This document shows positions 54,741-64,000 of a stretch of 64,000 bases of DNA, in pieces. A model generated the notes under the pieces. That model worked only from the letters and a program-made list of their open reading frames with translations. It had not been told where the DNA came from and did not search any database. This DNA is from Eledone cirrhosa (lineage: Eukaryota), in contig OZ024742.1 of the NCBI GenBank assembly GCA_964016885.1, forward strand, positions 244,838,001 to 244,902,000, given 5' to 3'. Position 1 is the stretch's first letter. Each line of letters starts with the position of its first letter. Made by a program: the position numbers and the translations under genes.

Positions 54741-55957
54741 ACAAGCATCTTATTACTAAAGATCATGCCCTATATTACTGAACCTGTTCGGATGTGACTG
54801 TTATGTGACAATTCGTTAACTGTAAACTGGTTTCATAATTTTTATTTTTTTGCACTGTTTGTCACTCACCATATAGATTTATTCTATTTTTTTATATTGA
54901 ATATATATATATCAATGGGGTTTGAAATTTGGTACTTTCTAAGAAGTTATATAACTGAAAAATAAAATGCTTTTTCCATTCTTATATAATGTTTTCTATT
55001 TATAACAAATAAAATAAAAAATGTAGCATATAGCTTAACATTGTTTGATATTACTACAATTAGAATAATTCTAATAAGGTTGTGGCATAACTCAGATAAC
55101 ATTACCTTTTTTATTCCAAATCTGATTACAGGGAATCCTTTAAAAAATCCATACTTACACATTCTTTATAATTATGAATTGGAAATATTTTTTTAAAGAT
55201 TGATACATGTTTAAAGATTTCAAAAGATATTCCAATATCATTTGCTAATATGCAGTAGGCAAGTGACAGGACAATAGAATCAATTTACTGCGAAGCCTCT
55301 CATGTCCCAAGAGAAAATAAAATATCACCAAACAAAAGAATTCTGGTTGTAACTATTTGTCATAATATTGCCATGCATACTTGGATAGAGTGAACACATC
55401 ATCCACGTAGCTGCACCGTTTTTCACCATGTCCTTTTCTTATCCCTTTGGGAATATCATACCCATGATTCTCTGTGTTGGCCATGACTCAGAACTTGGAA
55501 CACAATAGCAAACAGATTGCATTAATAGTTTTGATGGAATTGTCCTTGAAACCACACAATAATACTGGTGTGCATCTTAGTTTAAGGGTATTCTGGAAAA
55601 TATTTGGCAAAATAAACAAACAAATTTTTAATATTGGAGATTATTGATGCTAGAATGCCCCAAAAGAGATTTTATGAATATGTTGATTAACACATAAAAG
55701 TTACACTTTTCTCGTTTCTTTATTATTTATTTTTTGGTAAAGTACATTTATAATGCTTCACAGTAGATGCTGAGCTTGGCAATGTTAAAACTAATTTAAT
55801 AATTATTTTTTTCTTGAAACATTTTACAAATAGTTTATTTTATAGATTTTAAAAAAAAAAGAATCCTTATACACAAACCAGTTTCAAATCAGTGTGTTAT
55901 TCCAAGGAATTTTTTTTTGGCATTTGGATACTGTAAATATCATATTAGTTACTATTA

Positions 55958-58290
55958 CTCTCTACCTGTTAGTTTGCCTGCTATCCCACTACATCTCTTG
56001 TGTACCCTGGATCTGCATTGTGTGCATTTTATAGAATTTATGCCAGTTCCTTTTCTGCATATCGAACATGGTCATTTCCTTGACGGAATCAGAGTTTTGT
56101 CCTCTCTTCTACTTATCAACACTTTTGTCTTAGCTAGGTTCTTTCTCAGTCCTCTTAGCTAGAATTTATTCTCTAGCTCCTCCACTGATTCTGCTATAAG
56201 AACCAGATCGTCAGCATAGAGAAGTTCCCATGGACAGCCAGTCTTAAACTCCTCTGTTATGGCTTGGAGGACTATAATGAACAAGAGCGGGCTGAGGACC
56301 GAACCTTAATGTACTCCTACTTGTATCTGGAATTCCTCACTAAACTCCATTCCTACCCTGTTTTTACTGATAGCACCTCTGTACAAAGTTTGCACTGTCC
56401 TCACAAGCCATTCCTCAACACCTAGTTTCCTTAGGGACCACCAGATGACAGATCGGGGTACCCTATCAAAGGCCTTCTCTAGGTCAACAAAGGCTAAGTA
56501 TAGTGGCTTATTCTTCTCTAAGAACCTCTCTTGTAATTGTCTCACCAAGAAGAGGGCATCTGTTGTACTTTTCCCAGGCACAAAACCAAACTGCATCTCA
56601 ACTAGTTTGACCCTTTCTCTAATCAGTTGTGCTAATATCCTTTCTGCCACTTTCATAACCTGATCCATCAGTTTCATACCCCTATAACTGCTCCTCTCCA
56701 GAGCATCCCCTTTACCTTTGTAGCAATTTATGAGAATACTGCTGCACCAGTCTTTGGGTTTGACACCACCATATATATAGCCTGTTTGATGATGCGTGCA
56801 ACCAGTTTAGTGCCTACGTCCCCTGATGACTGCAGCATCTCAGCAACTATACCCGACAGTCCAGCAGCCTTACCATTTTTCATTTCCTTAATCGCCTCTT
56901 GGACCCTATATTCATCAATCTCAATAGCTGGTCCCTCTGTCGGATCTACTGAGAGTAATTTCCCTCTCTCCCATTCGTTCTCCACATTCATCAGTCTCTC
57001 ATAATGACATTTCCAGGCCTCCTTTTTCTGATAATTCGTGACACTAAGTACACCGGCATCATTCCGGACACATTTATCTCCAACAACATCCTGATTTTCA
57101 TTGACACACTGCCTTGCAATGTGGAACATGGCACGCCTCTAATCTTCCCATCGCAGAACATTGGCAAACCTCCTACTCTCAGCCTCCCTGCATGCTAAGT
57201 ACACCTGACGTCTAGCTTCATTCTTAGCGGCTGTATATCCTTCTCTACTCCCACCCTTTTTCCAAGCCTTCCATGCTAGCCTTTTGTCTCTAATGGCCCT
57301 ATCTACTATGCTGTTCGACCACCAGGTCACTCTCTGTCTGGTTGGAGCTCTGCTCCAGACACAAGTTTTATCAGTAGCCTGCAGTAAGTTGTCACATAAG
57401 AAATTCCAGTTATTATCTATGTCATACGTCTCTAAATCGTCTTTTTTTTCGTTATACACATCTTGAAGGGCTTTCCAAAATTTGTATTTTAGTGAAAGGT
57501 TTTTTAGCTTACAGACCTTTCTTCTCCACACCTTCCTGTATGTCTCATTCCAACTCTTGCTTACTGAGATATCACTAACGACTAACCTATGCTGTGGGGT
57601 ACATTCTTCCCCAGAGTATGCCTTGGTATTAGACACTATCTGCCTGTCCCACTGCCTAACTAGTAAGAAGTCAATCTGGCTTATGTGCTCGCCAAATTTG
57701 TAGATTATTAGGTGGTTGGCATTTTTCTGGAAGTTAGTGTTGCAAATAGTCAGTGTACTTGCATCACAAATTTCAAGAAGTATCAATCCTTCTTCATTTC
57801 TTGAACCGTAACCGTGCCCACCATGTACCCCAGTGTAACCATCCTGGAGCTGTCCAACATGGCCATTGAAGTCCTCTGCTAGCATAATAATGTCTCCGTC
57901 CTCTGTCATTGCGGCTGTTTGTAAAAGTTGCTCGTAAAAGCAGTCTTTCTCTTCTTTGCCTAGGCCTGCTTGGGGAGCATAGGCCGAGATGATTGTCAGT
58001 AGTCTCCTGCCTACAACTAATCTAAGCTTAATTATTCGATTAGTGCCAGCATTAAGTGTTGCAACTCTGAGATGCGACGTCTTCATATTTTTGTTGTTCC
58101 CATATATTTCTTGCTGTGCTCATAATTGTTTGGCATTGATACACTGGTTGGATGCCCTTCCTAACACCAGTGCCACTTTACAGCATGGACTGGGTGCTTT
58201 TATTTGTCCCACCAGCACTAGAGAGGATGTCTTACTGGACTCATGGGCCCTCTCTACCCCTCCATTTTACAGCATGGTCATAACAAAAAA
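55958..58290 (-). mobile_element. RTE family B, decayed, inverted paralog of 50700-53270
   Basis: Same 5' flank and UTR; internal deletion in APE (LNAGT|NRIIK); ends within the PHD finger. Confidence 0.93.
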
Positions 58291-58408
58291 ACAAAACAAA
58301 AAAAAAAACACCACTTATTGACACTCATGGCACACACACACACACACTCACACACCAACACTCATGCATACAAACACACACGCCACTCACACACACACAT
58401 ATATACAT

Positions 58409-59127
58409 ATCATCATCACCATTTTACGTCCGTTCTACCACGCTAGCATGGGTTAGACGGGTTGTCCTGTTGTGGGCAGTGTCCGGTCGGCTGACCTTGT
58501 CTTGCTCATACGGGAACTGATTCTGGCTTGATTTCTACAGCTGGATGCCCTTCCTAACACCAACCTCATTCACAGTGAGTGCTGGGTGCTTTTTTGCCGT
58601 GGCACCTCCATGACCACTTTGCAGTGGGCGGGTGTGGGGGCATATTGTCTATATGCTTCAGCTTCGGCTTGTACCCGTGGGGGGTCAGGTCTTCTGTATT
58701 ACTGCGTGACGCCAGAGGTCACGGACGTGTGTCATCGCCTTTGAGAGGTGTAATTGGGTAAGGTCGGCTTTTATCACCTCATCCCAGGTCTTCTTGTGTC
58801 TCTCCACTCTGCGGTTACCATCGACTTCTAGTGCTCTGCACCTTTTTATGCAGCTGTCATCCTTCATACGCATCACATGTTCATACCAGCGCAACCGCCT
58901 CTCCTGCACACAGCATTTGATTCCTCTTATGCTCAGAGTCTCTCTCAATTCATTTATGCTTTGCCGTTCGCGTATATTACTATTACACATCCTTCGGAGC
59001 AGGCAGGCTTCATTTCTTTCTAATCTATGCAAGTCTTCCACAGAAAGCGCCCAGGTCTCACTACCATGTAACATTGCTGTTCGTATACACGCATCATACA
59101 GTCTGCCTTTCATTTTGAGGGAAAAGC
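58409..59127 (-). mobile_element. RTE family A-like, 5'-truncated
   Basis: [16 protein letters not shown]...; A-type 3' UTR; GATGATGAT tail running into ATGTATATATGTG on the minus strand. Confidence 0.92.
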
Positions 59128-59137
59128 ATGTATATAT

Positions 59138-59203
<66 letters not shown>

Positions 59204-59235
59204 AGATCAAAAGATGGTTAAAGGAGTTCAATATA

Positions 59236-59302
59236 TTTTATTATGCGCATTTCAAAAACAAACATCATCAAACAATAATATTTGTGTTTTCATCAGATAA
59301 AA
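59236..59302 (-). ncRNA. Type I hammerhead ribozyme (left arm)
   Basis: Exact reverse complement of 59425-59491. Confidence 0.8.
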
Positions 59303-59424
59303 CAGGAGAACATGATATGAAGGCTAAAAAAACACTTGTTGATAGTGCAGTTTTAAATCAACATATCAAATTAAAACTGCACTATCAACAAGTGTTTTTT
59401 TAGCCTTCATATCATGTTCTCCTG

Positions 59425-59491
59425 TTTTATCTGATGAAAACACAAATATTATTGTTTGATGATGTTTGTTTTTGAAATGCGCATAATAAAA
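59425..59491 (+). ncRNA. Type I hammerhead ribozyme (right arm)
   Basis: UUUUAU-CUGAUGA-[long AU/GU stem II]-GAAA-UGCGCA-UA-AUAAAA; stem I 6 bp; palindromic stem III; predicted cut after 59485. Confidence 0.8.
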
Positions 59492-59641
59492 TATATTGAA
59501 CTCCTTTAACCATCTTTTGATCTTATATTATGCATACTCCAGTCCCACAAACTGTAGAGTGCTTCTTATCCGATATCTGCATTGCTTTATTGTACTACAA
59601 TAAAACTCACCTCCTACATATATATATATATATATATATAT

Positions 59642-62362
59642 AGAATGCACCTCCCAACATAGACTGATAATTAGCGACCTCATAGTCAGGACGAGACGTA
59701 CCCGACAGCAGAAGAGGACTATCCTCAGGAGGAAAATATGGAAACTAAAGGACCCCACAGCCAGAAATAAATTTCAAAGCATATTACTTGATGCTTTCGA
59801 CAGTAAGGAAGAGCATCTAGAATCGGACAATATAGAGGGACAGTGGAAATTTCTGAAAGCAAACCTGCTGTTGGCGACAGACGAGGTCTGTGGCTGGAGC
59901 AGGCCTGTAGGCAGGAGGAGAGTAACATGGTGGTGGAACAATAGGGTGGAGGGGTCAATTAAGGCCAAAAAGCAGGCTTGGAAAGTATGGCGGGATGGGG
60001 GAAGTAGAGTAGACTATCAAGTGGCCAGGAGGGAAGCTAGGAGAGAAGTGTACTTAGCAAGAAGGGAAGCGGAGGAAAGAAAGTTCAAGCATGTTCTACA
60101 ACGCGATGACCAAAAACGTGAGGTGTTCAGGATTGCCAGGCAATGCGTCAAGGAAAACCGTGATATTGTCGGGGAGAAGTGTGTACTTAACGATGATGGC
60201 ATACTTGCCATCACCGACACTGATAAGAAGGTAGCTTGGAAGTGTCACTATGAAAGGCTACTAAATGAGGAGAATAAATGGGAGAAAGACAGTCTCCCCC
60301 ATATCGACCCGATAGAGGGACCAGCAGTGTTAGTCGAGGGGAGTATAATAAGTAAGGCAATCAAGGATATGAAGACTGGTAAGGCGGCTGGGCCTTCGGA
60401 AATAGTTGCTGAGATGCTGAAGGCATCTGGCACGGTGGGACACACCATGGTCACCCGCATAGTTAACCAAGTCGTACAGAATGGGGTTGTTCCGAAGGAC
60501 TGGCATAGCAGCATCATCGTTAACTGTTATAAGGGTAAAGGAGACGCCCTAGATAGGAGTAACTATAGAGGCATTAAATTAATCGACCAGGTCATGAAGG
60601 TCACGGAAAAAGTAATAGCGCAACTAATCAGAGAGAGAATTGATCTAGATGAAATGCAGTTCGGGTTTGTGTCAGGCAAAAGCACCACAGACGCTCTTTT
60701 CATAGTACGACAACTACAGGAGAAGTACCTAGCTAAAGGTAAACCCCTCTACTTAGCTTTTGTCGACCTGGAGAAAGCCTTCGACAGAGTCCCCCGCTCC
60801 ATTATCTGGTGGGCTCTTAGAAAACTAGGCGTTGACGAATGGCTTGTGAGGGCTATACAAGCCATGTATAAAGAAACAGTCAGCAAGGTTAGAATTAACA
60901 ACGAATATAGTGAAGAGTTTAGCGTAAAAGTTGGCGTCCATCAGGGCTCTGTTCTCAGCCCCCTACTATTTATTATTGCCCTTCAGGCTATAACAGAGGA
61001 GTTCAAGACAGGCTGCCCATGGGAACTCCTATACGCAGACGACCTGACACTCATAGCGGAATCAATGGCCGAGCTAGAGAAGAAATTCCAAACATGGAAG
61101 CACGGCCTAGAGTCAAAAGGACTTAAAATTAACCTGGCTAAGACCAAAGTTCTAGTTTGTAGGAAAGAAAACAAGGCGGCGGTCCCTTCTGGGAAATGGT
61201 CGTGCTCGGTATGTAGGAAAGGCGTAGGTAGAAACTCCATCTTATGTCCTAAATGCAAAGTATGGGTGCATAAAAGATGTAGTGGGATCACAGGTAAGCT
61301 AACTAAGAACATAGACTTTACATGTGGCCGATGTTCTGGTGCAATAAGTAGCAGCAAGTGCCCACAAAATACTAGCTCTTTCAATTGCGCAGAGGGTTCT
61401 ATAGAAATAGTGGACAGCTTCCGTTACCTGGGCGATAAAATCAGCAGTGGGGGAGGGTGCTCTGAAAGTACTGTAGCTAGAGTCAGAACTGGTTGGAAAA
61501 AGTTCAGAGAGCTTATACCACTATTAGCTGCTAAAGGGTTCTCCCTAAAAATGAAAGGCAGGTTGTACGATGCCTGCATACGAACAGCAATGTTGCATGG
61601 TAGTGAGACCTGGGCATTGTGTGCAGAGGATATACGCAGACTAGAGAGGAACGAAGCTTGCATGCTCCGCTGGATGTGTAACAGTAATATACGTGAACGG
61701 CAAAGCATAAACGAACTAAGGAAAAAATTAGAGATAAGAGGGATCAGATGTTGTTTACTCGAGAGAAGGCTGCGTTGGTATGGACACGTGATGCGCATGA
61801 AAGTCGATAGCTGTATTACAAAGTGCAGGGCAATAAAGATAGACGGTAGCCACGGAATAGGCAGACCTAGAAAAACATGGGATGAGCTGATAAACTCCGA
61901 CCTCATACACTTACACCTCTCCAAGACAATGTCACTGGACCGTGACCTTTGGCGGTACTCAGTAACAGAGAAGACCCGCCTTGCCAGTAGGCATCTCTAA
62001 CAAACTACACCCCGTCCCGCCACCACCCCCACCCCATCCACACCACCCCGTTCCATGTAAAGTTATGTTGGTATGTTGGTGCCGCGCCATCCAGGCCGAA
62101 ACAAACGAGATCGTGTAGGTCTCACGACAAAAAAACACACAGTCCACGCTGTAATGTGGCCGTGTAGGCAACACGGTAAAAACCTCCCAGACCCACACTG
62201 TAAATGTGGTTGGTGTTAGGAAGGGCATCCAACTGTAGAAAACCTGCCAGACAGTCCTATGCGAGCAAGACAATCACTCTTGCCTCAAGTGGGACTACCC
62301 CCGTCCAAACCCATGCAAGCGTGGAACACGGACGTTAAACGTTGATGATGATGATGATGATG

Positions 62363-62365
<3 letters not shown>
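59642..62365 (+). mobile_element. RTE family C, 5'-truncated at the end of the APE domain
   Basis: Frame open from 59643 (ECTSQHRL...) to 62000; 3' UTR, stem-loop, (GAT)n tail into (TA)n(GA)n. Confidence 0.95.
59871..62000 (+). CDS. RTE-C ORF, partial: reverse transcriptase + PHD finger
   Basis: [49 protein letters not shown]. Confidence 0.92.
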   Translation: MATDEVCGWSRPVGRRRVTWWWNNRVEGSIKAKKQAWKVWRDGGSRVDYQVARREARREVYLARREAEERKFKHVLQRDDQKREVFRIARQCVKENRDIVGEKCVLNDDGILAITDTDKKVAWKCHYERLLNEENKWEKDSLPHIDPIEGPAVLVEGSIISKAIKDMKTGKAAGPSEIVAEMLKASGTVGHTMVTRIVNQVVQNGVVPKDWHSSIIVNCYKGKGDALDRSNYRGIKLIDQVMKVTEKVIAQLIRERIDLDEMQFGFVSGKSTTDALFIVRQLQEKYLAKGKPLYLAFVDLEKAFDRVPRSIIWWALRKLGVDEWLVRAIQAMYKETVSKVRINNEYSEEFSVKVGVHQGSVLSPLLFIIALQAITEEFKTGCPWELLYADDLTLIAESMAELEKKFQTWKHGLESKGLKINLAKTKVLVCRKENKAAVPSGKWSCSVCRKGVGRNSILCPKCKVWVHKRCSGITGKLTKNIDFTCGRCSGAISSSKCPQNTSSFNCAEGSIEIVDSFRYLGDKISSGGGCSESTVARVRTGWKKFRELIPLLAAKGFSLKMKGRLYDACIRTAMLHGSETWALCAEDIRRLERNEACMLRWMCNSNIRERQSINELRKKLEIRGIRCCLLERRLRWYGHVMRMKVDSCITKCRAIKIDGSHGIGRPRKTWDELINSDLIHLHLSKTMSLDRDLWRYSVTEKTRLASRHL

Positions 62366-62420
<55 letters not shown>

Positions 62421-62780
62421 CTCATAGATAGGACAACACACTGTTTTTCGTGGGGGTAAGTTTTTACTAATTTTCGTATTTTGAAAGACCAAAATACAAC
62501 ATTTTTGCTCATTGGACGCCTGGTAAATGTTTTGAAAAATGCTGTGGAAGCTACAGAAATATTCCATAAATTTTTCCAGAGCAATCTCTATTTAAAAATT
62601 TTACATTTTTCGCTTACTTGTCCCCCATTGCAAAATGGCCATAAATTCAAATCTTGAAAAGAGAGGAAACGGGACAAGTGAACTATGAACTTGAACTTGA
62701 TACATCTCACTGCCCCCTCCACCACAATAACGTCTACACTCGCTCCCCACCACCACCACATAAGACATTACCCTATCTAC

Positions 62781-63800
62781 ACTAAGACCTGTTGACAAAC
62801 TGCTAACTCCTTTGTTGAATGTGTGTGTATATATATGTATGTGTGTGTATATATGTATGTATATATATATCTCAGTGGATGTGACCAGATTTCAACACAG
62901 CAGCAACTACAGCACAGCAGCAACAACACCATCGTGTCTGTGTTGAATGTGTGTGTGTGTATGTATGTATGTATATATATAAATGTATGTGTCACACACG
63001 CGAAGCGAACACATTTCAACCCAGCGAATACAACAGCAGCAACAACACCATTGTCTGCAGCAGCAGCATCAGTGAAATGAACAACGGCAGCAACAAAAAC
63101 GACAACAACAACAACGAGCCACCACCCACCACCTACACCACCACACAATCACCACCACGATCCACCACCATCACTGGCATCATCCACCACCATCACTGGC
63201 ATCATCCACCACCACCACCATCACTACCTTCACTGTCATTATCCACCACCACAACCATCACCATCACTGACACTATCCACCACCTTCACCACCACCATCA
63301 CTGGCACCATCCACCAGCACCACCATCACCATCAGACACTATCCACCACCACCGACACCATCCATCACCATCCACCACCACCACTATCACCAGCGATCAG
63401 GCCTTAAAAACAACTATAATAATTGTTTCTACTTTTGGCACAAGGCCAGCCATTATCCCAGTGTATTACTGGTACGTTATTTTATCGACCCTGTAAGGAT
63501 GAAAGGCAAAGTTAACCTCGGCGGGATTTGAACTCAGAATGGCAAGAGCCGTAACTCTATGCGCCAAAGCATGGCGTCCGACACTCTACCGATACTGCCA
63601 ATTACTAAATAGCTATTTTGTTCTTGGCACGGGGCAGCGATTGTCCCAGCGTATTGCTGGTGCCTTGTTTTTTGAGGCCTGGAGAGTGGAGAGCCGTTGC
63701 TCTTTGCTGTAAAGCAAACAATTATTGTTATTATTATATAAAAACTGAACTGGAAAAGTCAACAGTTGACATGATTTTGATTTTGTATCAGTACTGCCGG

Positions 63801-63853
<53 letters not shown>

Positions 63854-64000
63854 GTGTGTGTGAGTGGTGTGTGTTTGTATGCATGAGTGTTGGTGTGTCA
63901 GTGGTGTGTATGTTTGTAGTTTGTATGCATGAGTGTGTGTGCCGTGAGTGTCAATAAGTGGGTTTTTTATTCTTATGACCATGCTGTAAAATGGAGGGGT
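62781..64000 (+). repeat. Paralog of 43797-43860 + 49864-50725, running into another RTE-B 5' end at the window edge
   Basis: Collinear unique blocks; lacks the 6-kb RTE-A; has an extra SINE and an expanded CAC/CAT tract. Confidence 0.9.
63420..63602 (-). mobile_element. S1 SINE, 183 bp
   Basis: Full S1 pattern; empty site at 50340|50341. Confidence 0.9.

Larger units (their letters stand above)
59196..59617. mobile_element. Penelope-like pLTR-only insertion with a perfect inverted repeat (arms 59196-59356 and 59371-59531)
   Basis: 161-bp identical arms, 14-nt spacer, 86-nt extension on the right; TA runs on both sides; hammerhead in each arm. Confidence 0.75.

Noticed and set aside
62951-63496. 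His/Thr/Pro-rich 181-aa ORF
   Set aside because: Translation of CAC/CAT/CAA low-complexity DNA running into a SINE; the tract length is not conserved in the paralog near 50200.

Overview
Eukaryotic, gene-poor, transposon-dense DNA. The SINE and LINE families resemble those of coleoid cephalopods (Octopus); this assignment is inference from recalled repeats. No intact host gene is recognisable. Bases 1-17227 hold old SINEs, hAT and piggyBac MITEs, dead Tc1/mariner-superfamily transposases, RTE/Dong scraps and a decayed GT31 glycosyltransferase pseudogene. After a 200-N gap, 17608-43800 is one strand-polar (TA)nTG microsatellite field (about 13 kb of repeat) split by retroelements. These are three related RTE-clade LINE families (A, B, C), each with a PHD finger inserted just after the RT core, a non-autonomous Zn-finger RTE derivative, and Penelope-like elements with hammerhead ribozymes. 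All seven RTE-type inserts between 21.8 and 49.9 kb face the same way. A full-length family-A copy (43876-49863) has an intact 1039-aa ORF and a 5' array of tandem monomers, each with Inr and DPE motifs at canonical spacing. Its empty (TA)4 target is visible in a paralogous segment at about 62830. A perfect 161-bp-arm inverted repeat at 59196-59531 encodes a hammerhead on each strand. The best candidate for a new system is this guild of TA-targeting PHD-RT LINEs and ribozyme-bearing Penelope elements. The long I/Y/M/C-rich ORFs are microsatellite artefacts.
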